A stretch of 38,526 nucleotides of DNA from Bdellovibrionales bacterium (GTDB lineage: Bacteria; Bdellovibrionota_C; UBA2361; RFPC01): the NCBI GenBank assembly GCA_020434565.1, contig JAGRAO010000005.1:1-38526 (forward strand), in the 5' to 3' direction. The position numbers were made by a program, and so were the translations under genes. The stretch's first letter is position 1. The number at the start of each line of letters is the position of its first letter. The notes beneath the pieces were generated by a model. That model saw only the letters and a program-made list of their open reading frames with translations, had not been told where the DNA came from and searched no databases. Shown one piece after another: positions 16,634 through 27,200 of the stretch.

Positions 16634-18301
16634 TCAATTCGAACCTGATTTATCATCTTCCATAAGAGCTCGAATGGCCTTAAAGGCCTGTGTCTGAATC
16701 TGACGAATCCGCTCACGCGAAAGCGGTTTACTATCAAGGGGGCTCTGAACTCCCATACCGAATAGATACGCAGCAGTTTCATCAAGAGTGAACTCTCTAT
16801 CTTGATTGTTCAGGCCAAACCGGAGTCGCAATACAAGTTGAGGTATCGGCTCAAGTTGATCGAGATAGTGGCGCATTTCAATACCAATTAACCGCCGTTC
16901 TTCAGACAACCGAGAACCTTCAAACGCTTCCCGACCATCCAAGAGACTAAAGGTCTCATTTGACTCAGATCCCGGCTGCTCTTCGCTCAGAATTCTCGAG
17001 GCCGCAGCTCCACGCAATTGAGCCACATGGCGAGCAGTCAATCGAAAAGAGGTTCCCTTGCCGACTTTCTCCTTCTTTTTCTCCAGTTCTCGAGAAGCTT
17101 GAACGATCTGCTGGTCAGTCGGATCCCGTTCTCCTTGCATTTCCAAGTATGCGATCGCCCCACGTATCTTCCCCATAATGAGGTACGCATGGCGTGGCAC
17201 TCTCACGAGCGAAGCTTCATCTGATACACAGTTTCCGACTTCTTTGCGAATCCATTGTGTCGCCATAGTGGAAAATTTGTATCCTTTTTCTGGGATAAAC
17301 TGCCGTACTGCCTCTACCAGCCCTCCATTTCCAGCAATGATGAGGTCAATCAACGGCACACCGCGATCGGCATATCTCTTTGCGATTGAAACAACGAGAC
17401 GCAAGTTTGACTCGGCGAACTCTTCTACAAATGGCTCGATTCTCCGTTCAAGCGAATTCAGTTGGCGCATAAGCCGTTTGAATTCATTTGGCTCGATGCC
17501 GTTCATAGCTTTCCATTGAACAAAGCCCGCTAAGAGGGCTCGGCCTTCTCGCGCACCTTCTTCAGAAAGTTCGGCAAAGACCTCTACCTCTCCCCTCTGA
17601 ACTCGCTCAAGACCTTTTGAAAATGTTGCACGAGAGATATGAGCCCTTTTACAAAAAAGATTCCGTCGTTCATCGAGTTCTTTCAGCGCGCGAAGTGCGC
17701 TATCGGCGATATTTCGACAACTTCGAAATTCCGAGTAGGTCATCAAGCTCCCGAGGTCAGGATCCATCATGATCTCTTTCTCACGTTTGGGAGAAAACCG
17801 AGTGCGATAGTCGGGCTCGAGAGCACCGGTCGGGCAAGCAAGAGTGACCTCAATTCCTTTCGTTTTCTCAAATTCACGCTTTTGAACAGAGTAGCGACGT
17901 TCGACTAATTCCCGGGCCTGCGGGGTAAGTGGTCTCCGCCCCGCTGCCGGATGAAGTAACTCGTGAAGAGCTGGTAAGTATCGGAGCATCAGCTGATGCT
18001 GTTGAAATGTTATCTGTCGAATCCTCGCTCCCAAGCGGAGCTCATCTTGGCGAGTGAGAAGGGGTCGTGACCCCGAAATTCTCGTCAGATCTCGAATAAA
18101 GGCCTGAAATTCACCTTCATATCCTGACTTTGGCGGAACAAGTGCTTCGAATTCATTATTTTCGGGATTTCTCTCCGCACGAGCAGGCAGCCTCGCACTT
18201 CCGAAGATCTGGGCTGCTGATTGTTGTGTGCCGTTTAAGTGCGGCCCCTTTTCTATCATTCTTTCTCGACAAAAGGGGCTGAATACGGCCCCGCTCCCCA
18301 T
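16634..18301 (-). CDS. RNA polymerase sigma-70 family factor (RpoD-like: long N-terminal region, regions 2, 3 and 4)
   Basis: Region 2: NLRLVVSIAKRYADRGVPLIDLIIAGNGGLVEAVRQF...GYKFSTMATQWIRKEV. Region 4: LSRERIRQIQTQAFKAIR. ATG at 18299-18301. Confidence 0.8.
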   Translation of the reverse strand: MGSGAVFSPFCRERMIEKGPHLNGTQQSAAQIFGSARLPARAERNPENNEFEALVPPKSGYEGEFQAFIRDLTRISGSRPLLTRQDELRLGARIRQITFQQHQLMLRYLPALHELLHPAAGRRPLTPQARELVERRYSVQKREFEKTKGIEVTLACPTGALEPDYRTRFSPKREKEIMMDPDLGSLMTYSEFRSCRNIADSALRALKELDERRNLFCKRAHISRATFSKGLERVQRGEVEVFAELSEEGAREGRALLAGFVQWKAMNGIEPNEFKRLMRQLNSLERRIEPFVEEFAESNLRLVVSIAKRYADRGVPLIDLIIAGNGGLVEAVRQFIPEKGYKFSTMATQWIRKEVGNCVSDEASLVRVPRHAYLIMGKIRGAIAYLEMQGERDPTDQQIVQASRELEKKKEKVGKGTSFRLTARHVAQLRGAAASRILSEEQPGSESNETFSLLDGREAFEGSRLSEERRLIGIEMRHYLDQLEPIPQLVLRLRFGLNNQDREFTLDETAAYLFGMGVQSPLDSKPLSRERIRQIQTQAFKAIRALMEDDKSGSN

Positions 18302-18464
18302 CCGCTGGCAGAAGGGGCTTGGGATAACAGGTTCCTGCCCAACTCTTTGAGAGGCCCCAATTTAGGCACTCCCTATGGTAGATGGTCCATTCTTTTAGGC
18401 AAAAAATTCTGCAGCGAGGATTCCCTGCGAAAATGGAGCACAGACGGGGGGTTATGAGACAGAT

Positions 18465-18722
18465 TTACTCTCCCGCACCCTCTTCCTTCGAGAGGATCTG
18501 AAGTTTACTTTCGGCCTGTGACAGCAAAGCTCTCAGCCTCTCGACAAGCCTCACTCCCTTCTCATACGCGAGCATAGAGTGATCAAGGCTCAAGTTCCCC
18601 CCTTCTACCTTCTCTACGAGCTGCTCCAGGAGCTGGAGCGCATCTTCGAAATTGAGCCCAGCGAAAAGCTCAGTCGCATCCTCCTCGGAAAGAAGATCTT
18701 TGAGGCTCACTTTTTTGTTCAT
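18465..18722 (-). CDS. xseB: Exodeoxyribonuclease VII small subunit
   Basis: 85 aa: FEDALQLLEQLVEKVEGGNLSLDHSMLAYEKGVRLVERLRALLSQAESKL matches the XseB helical hairpin. The start overlaps the xseA stop. Confidence 0.8.
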   Translation of the reverse strand: MNKKVSLKDLLSEEDATELFAGLNFEDALQLLEQLVEKVEGGNLSLDHSMLAYEKGVRLVERLRALLSQAESKLQILSKEEGAGE

Positions 18723-20134
18723 TGTTCTTCCCTCGTATTTTCAACTTTTACGTCAGCTTGACCACGGGCAAATTGAATCGAAAGCTTCTCTTGTTGCTTC
18801 AAGTTTGAAGAGGAGACAACCACTTCTCCCTGGGCAGATCGCACGATACTAAAGCCTCTTCTCAAGACTGAGTCAATTTCAAGCCCACGTATCTGCCGCT
18901 CAAGTTGATCAACCTTCTGATTCCACGAGGACATCATACGGAGTCCCTCTCGGGTAATCCTTCTCTCGAGTTCCTTAACCTCGCGTGTGGCTTCAGCTAC
19001 TCGCTTCTTAGGAGAGGCACCTCGAACCCGAAAGACCAAACTCTCCACTCGTGCTCGTCCCCTTTGAATGCTCGAGTCGGAAACATGTGAGAGTTTTTCC
19101 CGTAAAAGTGAAATTCGGGTGAAGAAGAGCCGTACTATGTTCGTTGGCTTGAGTCGTTGGAGAAGCGAAATCGCAACTTGAAGTTGGCGAGTGCCATCAT
19201 TCAAGGCACGGCGAGCTCCACGTTCTAGACGCTGATGGATATCATCCACTCTCTGACCAAGCGGATAAAACCATACGTCGAAATCGAGCAGTACTTTCTC
19301 TAAACGAGCGATCCGCTCAAACAGCTCATCCCGCCTCGGGACCGCCAGCTCCGCTGCCGCGGTGGGAGTGGGAGCCCGAACATCTGCAGCGAGATCAGAG
19401 AGGGTAATATCAGTTTCATGTCCGACACCTGAGATAACCGGAATCCGCGAAGCGGCAATCGCTCGGGCCACTTGTTCCTCATTAAACGCCCAGAGATCCT
19501 CGAGTGAGCCTCCGCCACGGGCCACAATAATGATGTCAACATTATTGAGCCGATTAAATCGCTCGATAGCACAGGCAATTTCCAGAGCAGCGCCCTCTCC
19601 TTGCACTCTCACATCAATGAGGAAAACGGGAAGTGATGAGAGTCGCTCTCGGACCTTCGTCATGATGTCATGAATAACGGCCCCACTGCGCGAGGTAATG
19701 ACCCCGAGAGCCTTTGGGAAAAATGGCAACTCCCTCTTTCTCTCATCACGAAAGAGTCCTTCTTTTTCTAATTTCTCTTTGAGCCGGAGAAACTCCTGCT
19801 GGAGCGCTCCCTCTCCAGCCAAAAGGAGTCGCTGAACAACGAGCTGCAATCGACCGGTGCCGCTATAAACGGATGGCTTTCCGATACACAAGACCTCCGC
19901 GCCCTGTTCCGGTGTGAACGAGAATCGAGCCGCAGTACTTCTCCACGCGACAAGAGCGACTTGGCTCGAATCATCTTTCAAGGTCATGTACCAGTGTCCC
20001 GAAGCGGCACGGGTGCACTGACTCAACTCCCCGCGAACACGAAGAATGGGAAGGGAGTCAGACAGGGTCCGATTCAAAAGTTCGTTCACATCAGAAACCG
20101 ATAAGAAATATTCTTCTTCAGGGACCCGGCTCAT
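18719..20134 (-). CDS. xseA: Exodeoxyribonuclease VII large subunit
   Basis: N-terminal OB-fold LSVSDVNELLNRTL...VRGELSQCTRAASGHWYMTLKDDSSQVALVAW, then the catalytic domain and a C-terminal coiled coil. The start is taken at MSRVPEE (ATG 20132-20134). The longer track start is doubtful. Confidence 0.8.
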   Translation of the reverse strand: MSRVPEEEYFLSVSDVNELLNRTLSDSLPILRVRGELSQCTRAASGHWYMTLKDDSSQVALVAWRSTAARFSFTPEQGAEVLCIGKPSVYSGTGRLQLVVQRLLLAGEGALQQEFLRLKEKLEKEGLFRDERKRELPFFPKALGVITSRSGAVIHDIMTKVRERLSSLPVFLIDVRVQGEGAALEIACAIERFNRLNNVDIIIVARGGGSLEDLWAFNEEQVARAIAASRIPVISGVGHETDITLSDLAADVRAPTPTAAAELAVPRRDELFERIARLEKVLLDFDVWFYPLGQRVDDIHQRLERGARRALNDGTRQLQVAISLLQRLKPTNIVRLFFTRISLLREKLSHVSDSSIQRGRARVESLVFRVRGASPKKRVAEATREVKELERRITREGLRMMSSWNQKVDQLERQIRGLEIDSVLRRGFSIVRSAQGEVVVSSSNLKQQEKLSIQFARGQADVKVENTREEQ

Positions 20135-20342
20135 AACGTCATAATTTTTCGTAGAGAGTATCGCGAACGAAAGAACATCAAATGCTCTCCAGAAGTGCAA
20201 TCCTTAGGGATAATATCCTAAACGTTGAGGCGAATGAGCGACGAACTGTCGCTAAAATGGCATCCCAACAGTTTTGCAACTCCACTCAGATTTAGCCCAT
20301 AACAGGTTGAAAGTTTTAGGGTACTCTCAATTCTTCAAGAAA

Positions 20343-21341
20343 ATGTACAGCGAACCTTATCCACCGTCTTCAGTACAAGCGCTTCACGAAGTCACAATTG
20401 GTGCTCTTCGCCAGTTCAATCACCTTTCACAGTCATGGCGTTTACTGTTCCTTTCGATTCCGCTTGATGCTCTCACCTTTTATTTTATTGTGAACATCTC
20501 CGAGACGTTTCCAAAAGCCTTTGCGGAAAGCACATTGACCCTCACATTGGTACTGATTGCTGGGATTAGCCTTTTTCGTGACCAAATTGTCGAAGCAGCA
20601 ATGAGTAGTTTTACGCTGTACGGGAAGATATATAACACCCGTCAAAACTATTCTTTTCTTGTAATGGCCGCTGTTGCGCTTGCACTCCTTATAGATGTGA
20701 CAACAAAAGCCTATGAGGCATATGGATCACTCGCGGTCCTCGCGCTTCTCGCGGGCGCCTTTCTCTTTTTTCCGAGATGGTACAGAGCAATCCGGCGACA
20801 GCAACCTCAGCTTGGCCCAGCACCTTCTCGCCTTCTTCGGGCAACCCAGACGATGAAATTTTTGTTTCGCATTCATTTTGCAGTCATGATCGCAATGCGA
20901 GTAAGTCTCGTCGTAGCAGCCGTCGCGGCTGGGATACTGTATTCTGAATTAGGTGTCGTCTTGGCGCTTATAGGAGTAGGCGCAATTGCTTTTGTGAACG
21001 TTCAGCCAGATCAATGTGACTTTCTCCGACAGTGTCGACGATGTGCTCGACCTACAGCTCGTATCTTTTTCGATGAAGGTTCGTGTCCCACTTGTGAACA
21101 ACAGAATTATCGAGATCGAGAAGTTCGCCAGCAGGCACTTGAACAACAAGCTCGTGCTGGCTTTAACCTCGACAAAGTGGATGCACTGATGGATTCGGTT
21201 ACCGCTAAAAAGATCTCGAAGAAGAATATTCTGCAAATTGGAAAGAAAAAGACTTTTCCCCATGGACCTCAATTAACGTTTGCCCAGAAAGCGGAACGTC
21301 GGTTGTTTGAACGAGAGCGGAAAAAGGCCGCGAACCTGTAA
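20343..21341 (+). CDS. Hypothetical membrane protein with C-terminal C4 zinc-ribbon and basic tail
   Basis: ATG at 20343 (MYSEPY). About six hydrophobic helices, then CDFLRQCRRC...CPTCEQ and a K/R-rich C-terminus. Confidence 0.5.
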   Translation: MYSEPYPPSSVQALHEVTIGALRQFNHLSQSWRLLFLSIPLDALTFYFIVNISETFPKAFAESTLTLTLVLIAGISLFRDQIVEAAMSSFTLYGKIYNTRQNYSFLVMAAVALALLIDVTTKAYEAYGSLAVLALLAGAFLFFPRWYRAIRRQQPQLGPAPSRLLRATQTMKFLFRIHFAVMIAMRVSLVVAAVAAGILYSELGVVLALIGVGAIAFVNVQPDQCDFLRQCRRCARPTARIFFDEGSCPTCEQQNYRDREVRQQALEQQARAGFNLDKVDALMDSVTAKKISKKNILQIGKKKTFPHGPQLTFAQKAERRLFERERKKAANL

Positions 21342-21586
21342 ATTCGGGAAGCTGAGTTTCTTAGCTCCCTTTCTCATGATTGATACCTTCTTGAACTTTC
21401 GCTTATACTCTCGGACCAACTGAAGCTCCTTCGGCCTCGTTTTCTCTCTATACCTCAGAGTTGAAGCCAAAGAAGAGAGCCATCCAGTATAAAGACATAG
21501 AATATGTCGATATTGCTTCCCGAGGAGATAGGACAATCTACGGACAGCGCACTCAACGGAATGAACACTCAACGGAATGAAACGGT

Positions 21587-22912
21587 ATGGCGACAGAAAT
21601 AAAAATGCCCCAGCTCAGCGATACGATGGATTCGGGCAAGATCCTTACGTGGAACAAGAAAGAGGGGGATACGATTTCTCGTGGTGACATTCTTGCCGAA
21701 GTTGAGACGGATAAAGCAAATCTCGAGATTGAGTCGTTTCACGAAGGGACACTTTTGAAGATAGTTACCCCAGCTGACAACAGTGCCAACGTGGGTGAAG
21801 TCATTGCGTACATTGGTGATCCTGGTGAAAGCGTCGGTTCAAGTTCTTCTGCAGCAAAATCTTCAAGCTCGCCTGCGCCAGTTTCAGAGAGTCCATCGAC
21901 CGGGAACGTGAGTCAGGACCCGGCACCTCGCAACGGCTCTTCAAATGGTTCAAGCGAGTATCACACCGGCAAAACCTCAGAATCGACGATCAAGAGTGAA
22001 GGAAGGATAAAAGCCTCTCCGGTGGCCAAAAAGTTGGCTGAGCAAAACAATATTGATCTCGCATCCGTGAGAGGAAGTGGTCCTGACGGACGAATCGTCA
22101 AACGAGACGTTGAAAGCTTGGGCGCTGATGTTCAAGCCGCGCAGAATCTTCACACCCCTGCGCCCCAAAGAGGCCGACCCTCTTCGTCGAACCAGCCTCA
22201 GCAATCCTCCGGAAGCGCAACCGCCGAAGGAACGCTCACACCGCTTTCAAAGATGCGGGATACGATTGCAAAGCGCATGCAGCAGAGCGTGAACGAAGCT
22301 CCTCACTTTTACACCACGGTCTCTATTGAGATGGATTCGGTTATCAGCCTTAGAGCGCTTCTGAAAGAGCGAGGGATAATTGAGGGGGTGAGCTTGAACC
22401 ACTTTATTATCAAGGCTGCTGCATACGCCCTCGCCCACGAGCCTCGGGTGAATCGAGCGATAAGGGATGGGAATCAGGTATTTGAACCGTCGTCTATTAA
22501 TATCGGGGTCATCACAGCTCTCAACGATGGACTCATCATCCCCGTGCTTCACGAAGTAGACAAAATGTCACTCAGTGACGTCGTATTTGAGTCCCGAGCG
22601 ATGATTGAGAGAGCTCGAGCCGGTCGGCCGACAGCTCGAGATCTCTCTGGCGGCACATTTAGTATTTCGAACATGGGGATGTTTGACGTGGAGAGCTTTA
22701 CCGCGATTATCAACCCGGGTCAGGGTGCGGTTATCGCAATTAGTGCTACGAAAGAGCAACCGATAGTGAAGGATGGGGTCATTCAGGTGGCTCAGATTAT
22801 GAAAGCCACACTTTCGGTTGATCACCGGGTGATCGACGGGGTGATGTCAGGGAACTTTCTCAAGTTCTTCAAAGAAGGCTTGGAGTATCCAGCGCTTCTC
22901 ATGGCATCGTGA
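21587..22912 (+). CDS. 2-oxo-acid dehydrogenase complex E2 dihydrolipoamide acyltransferase (one lipoyl domain, E3-binding domain, catalytic domain)
   Basis: Lipoyl-lysine motif EVETDKANLEIES. Peripheral-subunit-binding domain KASPVAKKLAEQNNIDLASVRGSGPDGRIVKRDV. Catalytic DHRVIDG. Ser/Pro-rich linkers. Confidence 0.85.
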   Translation: MATEIKMPQLSDTMDSGKILTWNKKEGDTISRGDILAEVETDKANLEIESFHEGTLLKIVTPADNSANVGEVIAYIGDPGESVGSSSSAAKSSSSPAPVSESPSTGNVSQDPAPRNGSSNGSSEYHTGKTSESTIKSEGRIKASPVAKKLAEQNNIDLASVRGSGPDGRIVKRDVESLGADVQAAQNLHTPAPQRGRPSSSNQPQQSSGSATAEGTLTPLSKMRDTIAKRMQQSVNEAPHFYTTVSIEMDSVISLRALLKERGIIEGVSLNHFIIKAAAYALAHEPRVNRAIRDGNQVFEPSSINIGVITALNDGLIIPVLHEVDKMSLSDVVFESRAMIERARAGRPTARDLSGGTFSISNMGMFDVESFTAIINPGQGAVIAISATKEQPIVKDGVIQVAQIMKATLSVDHRVIDGVMSGNFLKFFKEGLEYPALLMAS

Positions 22913-23139
22913 GCGGAGCTTGATTCACCGAGACCAAGCGCTTTTCGCGTAACCTGAGACGTTGACTCACGTGAAAAACCTCAGAACTCAGGGTAAACAT
23001 GACAATCGGGGTCAGAGGCGGTGTCTTTCGCCTTTACCTCTGCTAGACTTTCAGAAAGTCGTCCGTCTCGCACTCACTGTGATTTCAGAGAGTTTCTGAA
23101 GGACCGACTTCAGCGAGCTCAGGTCAAACGAGGAGTGAC

Positions 23140-24105
23140 ATGACCATAAAAGTTCCCCGCTCTCAACAGACGATGAAAGAGCGTCTCGTAAAACCAGCTT
23201 GGTTAAAGGTCAAAGCTCCAGGCTCTCCCGAATATATGAAGACAAAAGAGGTGGTCAAAGGACTTGCCTTGAATACCGTTTGCGAGGAAGCGCACTGCCC
23301 AAACATCGGTGAGTGCTGGTCGCATCGAACTGCGACTTTCATGATCATGGGCGAACTGTGTACTCGCCGATGTCACTTTTGTTCAGTAAAGGACGGTACC
23401 GACGAGAATCTCGAACCTTTAGACCCTCTCGAACCTCATCGAGTCGGAATGGCCGTTAAGAAACTTGGCCTCAGACATGCCGTGATAACTTCAGTCGACA
23501 GAGATGATGTAGCAGATTTTGGGGCAAGCCATTTTGCACGCACGGTCGAGTCGATCCGGCGTCACGCCCCAGAGTGTAAGATCGAACTCCTCATACCTGA
23601 CCTCCGGGGCTCTCGAGAAGCTCTCTCCACTATTCTCGATGCCGGAGTCGATGTCCTGAATCATAATGTTGAAACAGTTCCTCGACTGTATAAGCGCGTT
23701 CGACCAGGTTCTGGCTATATTCGCTCCTTAAGCATTTTGAGGTGGGCTAAAGAACGTAGCCCCTCAGTAAAGACGAAGTCGGGAATTATGGTTGGTCTCG
23801 GTGAGGCTCCGGAGGAGGTCCACGCCCTCATGGATGACTTACGTTTTTGCAATGTCGACATCATGACCATAGGTCAGTATTTAAGACCGACTGAAAAACA
23901 GATGCCCGTGAGGGAATTCGTGACTCCAGAGGAATTCGAAAACTATCGAATGATTGGCCTGTCAAAAGGCTTTCAATTTGTTGAATCTGGCGCTCTCGTG
24001 AGAAGTTCGTATCATGCTTGGAAGCATACATCTCCAGAGCCACTCGCTGAGGTTGAAGGCCACGATTCGAACGAAAGGAACACTCGGACCACTCTTTCTG
24101 CCTAG
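23140..24105 (+). CDS. lipA: Lipoyl synthase (radical SAM)
   Basis: CEEAHCPNIGEC (auxiliary cluster) and CTRRCHFC (radical-SAM CxxxCxxC). GAGGAG RBS 6 nt upstream of the ATG. Confidence 0.9.
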   Translation: MTIKVPRSQQTMKERLVKPAWLKVKAPGSPEYMKTKEVVKGLALNTVCEEAHCPNIGECWSHRTATFMIMGELCTRRCHFCSVKDGTDENLEPLDPLEPHRVGMAVKKLGLRHAVITSVDRDDVADFGASHFARTVESIRRHAPECKIELLIPDLRGSREALSTILDAGVDVLNHNVETVPRLYKRVRPGSGYIRSLSILRWAKERSPSVKTKSGIMVGLGEAPEEVHALMDDLRFCNVDIMTIGQYLRPTEKQMPVREFVTPEEFENYRMIGLSKGFQFVESGALVRSSYHAWKHTSPEPLAEVEGHDSNERNTRTTLSA

Positions 24106-24267
24106 AGACTCTCCAAGTTAATCCTCCCTGGGAAAGCACTTCTCCGAGTCGGGAGCGGCGCCACTTCTCTCGGTAGCCGAGTCTCCTCATGACACGATAT
24201 GATGTCATGTGAGGCTCTCGAAGAGAGCGTTGGTGAGAACTTCGCGAGACTGTAGACAGAGCTCCTC

Positions 24268-27200
24268 ATGACGGGACAACGGAAAAAGCGTGGCATTCGA
24301 TTGGCGGTATGGGGGCTCGTTCTCGGCGTTCTCTTCGGCACCGGCGTCCGCTTGCTTGAGCGATTCATCGCATCATCGCTTATCGATCTTCTCCGCGATG
24401 AAGCTCGAGCTTCTTGTGCCTGTGACTTTCAAATCGACTCAATCAAGATGTCACTCTTGACCATGAGCGCTCGAGCAAAAAACGCGCGTGTGCTTTTCAA
24501 CGGCAAACCGGCTCTGACCGTTAAGAATCTGCGAGCAACATTTAGACCTTTCGAGCGGATTCTCAAACGAAAAATAGTTCTCAAACATCTCCTCCTTGAT
24601 GACATAGACGTCGACGGAGTCGGGGCTGAAAGTGGAACGTTTCTGTTTATTAACCATCTCGCGGAACCGCTCGATCCCTCAAAGGATCACCCGCTCAAGT
24701 TTACCGTTTCACTTATGAACATGACAGTTCAAAACGCGCACGTACAACAACATGTAGGAGGGGCAAAGGTTGAGGGATTCGATGTCGGGCTCACGTATCA
24801 GAGAGACGACTCTGACAATCTCGTGTTACATCCACATGCTGCAAAACTTGTTTACGCCTCTTCAGAAGAGGAGCCAATTGAACTTGGGCAACTTGAAAGC
24901 GAACTGTATATTACCGACGACTCGATTGAATTTCGTACGCTTGCTTTACAGGCTCAAGACATCCTCTCTCAGGTTACCGCCACAGTCTTTCCACAAGATG
25001 GACACCGACTCGAAGGGAAATTATCAGTAAAGGTTGGAGAGAAAGCGAAAGTCTTTCCTCCTTGGCTCAGCGTTCCACTTTCGGCTCAGGCCGATCTCGG
25101 GGGAACTTTCTCGTCTCCGACTGCTGAAGGATCCTTTCAGATACCCGCAGACCATTCTGCCCGCATCCAGATCTCAGAGACGCCGCTTTTGGAGTTTCAG
25201 CAGGGAGCAGGTTCATTTTCCTTCAACGAGCACTCTGGACTTGAAGTCCCCACCCTCTCCTTTTCGGGGCCAACGACTGAACTTCATCTTCAGGAACCCC
25301 TGGTACTTCAGGGCGACACGGCACGTGGAGCCGCCCGCTTTCAGCTCCAGGAGCTCCGACTCGGACAAACCGTCATCGGCGATATCGATCTCGTTGCCAA
25401 GCTTGAGAGTACTCCTCAGAATTCGCTTGCGGTTTCAATCGGCGGAACGGTAGGACGTGTTCAGGGCTTTGACTACAGAACCCCGCCGGTTTCTCTTAGA
25501 GCAACCGTGTCGTCTGAGAAGTTCAAAGTTTCTCTCTCTCATTCGAGCCCACAATTTGGTGCTTTTTCAATTCAGGGAGATGGATCTCTTCAGGGCGGTC
25601 CTGAGAGTAATCAATTCCAATTTCAATTCGAAAACTTTGCTATACCGAAAGTTCTCGAATCACGTTTGGACAGCGAATCAGATCCACTTCGAATCTCTGG
25701 CTCGGGGGCCCTCTCAGGTGGCCTCTCACTCTCGGATCTCAGCGGCGCCGCAGAGATATCACTGTCTTCCCCTGACTTTTCTGGTGAAGCAGCCTTGAGA
25801 GGAGAAGCCACACTCAAAAATCAAAGAGTTTCACTCCAAATCGGTAACGACTCAAAATCGATAGAGGCATCTCTCCAGTTGCCCCTCGATGAGACAGTCT
25901 CGGAACGAGGCCTCCTTCATCTCGAACTTCGAGATTTCCGTCCCCAGGAGTACGACCCAAGTCTCAGTTGTATTCTGCTCGATCTCAGTGCCGATTATTC
26001 CTTTGAGGCCGTAGCCCCCTGGGAGGGCGAGGGCAATGTGGAACTCCGGAAGGCCACTGTCGGATGTTCTCCCCATACGTTGGGCCTCTCAGCCCCAGCT
26101 TCCCTTTCGATCAACCTCGGCTCGATTCAGTTACGTGACCTCCTCTGGAAAGGTCGAGATGCAGGCTTACGTATTTCAGGAACGGTTGGAATCCCTGAAG
26201 GATACGATCTCGCCTTGAGTGGTGAGATCGATCTCGAGAGCCTCCTGCCTTACGCCTCTTCGATAGATGACTTGCGAGGAAAGACACTCATTCAGGCTCA
26301 TGTGGGCGGCTCCTTCGAAGCTCCCCGTTTCGGGGGAAGTGCGAAAATCGAGGGGGGTGAACTCTCTCTTGAGAAAGCGAATATGAGCCTCTCTCATGTC
26401 GAAGGCACTCTCGAAATAGAGCCGGAACGGATAAACATCCGCGATATCTCCGGCACGCTCAACGGGGGATCCTTTAATCTCTCCGGTGAAGTCTTTCCGT
26501 TTACCTTAGAGCATTCAAACCTCGGTCTTTCGTTTCAAGACTTTTTCATAGAGCCGGAGAGCGAGTTGCAGGCCTCACTCTCGGGAGAACTCTTTCTCAC
26601 CCAGGGGGAGGCAGATCGACCTGCTCTCGCTGGAACGGTAACGGTAGATTTTGCAGAACTGAAAAAAAGTTTTGATCTCCTCTCGTTGCTACGCTCTCTC
26701 CCGTCTTATCTCCTTTCAAATTCAAAAACTCGTGAAAGCACCTCAACTCAAAACCTTCCAGCGGTAGACCTTGATGTAAGAGTCAAAGCCGACAGAAATG
26801 TCTTTATTCTTACAACCTTCCTCGGTGCTGAACTAAACGGTGACCTCTATGTTCGGGGGCAACTCTCCGACCCAAAAGTTATCGGCACGCTCCAGACGCT
26901 CAATGGCTGGTTCGGATTGCGGGATACTCGATTTCAAATAACGTCTGGCCAGGTTACGCTTGGAACTTTGCAACCTGAACCACAATTGGACGTTGTAAGT
27001 GAGACCTATGCCAGTAGCATTGGCGGAGATGACACACTCATTATTCTCGAGGCGAAGGGTCCACTCGATTCACCCAAGATAACGCTTTCCTCGAATCGAG
27101 GACTGACGCAGAACGAAATTCTTTCCCTCGTGAGTTCTGGCAGGGTCGGGATTCAGCAGGATGAATCCCGATTTTTCACTTCTGGTCTTCGACTGCAAGA

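Noticed and set aside
16206-16637. ORFs 16214..16510 (+, 98 aa) and 16206..16637 (-, 143 aa) across the repeat region
   Set aside because: Arg-rich and low-complexity. They span the non-coding tandem repeat, so two identical ~90-bp blocks would be translated in one protein, and there are no start signals. I treated them as non-coding.
21546-21578. Short direct repeat CACTCAACGGAATGAA ×2 just upstream of the E2 start
   Set aside because: It has only two 16-bp units immediately upstream of the RBS. That is too short for a CRISPR or repeat-element call. It may be a minor regulatory duplication.
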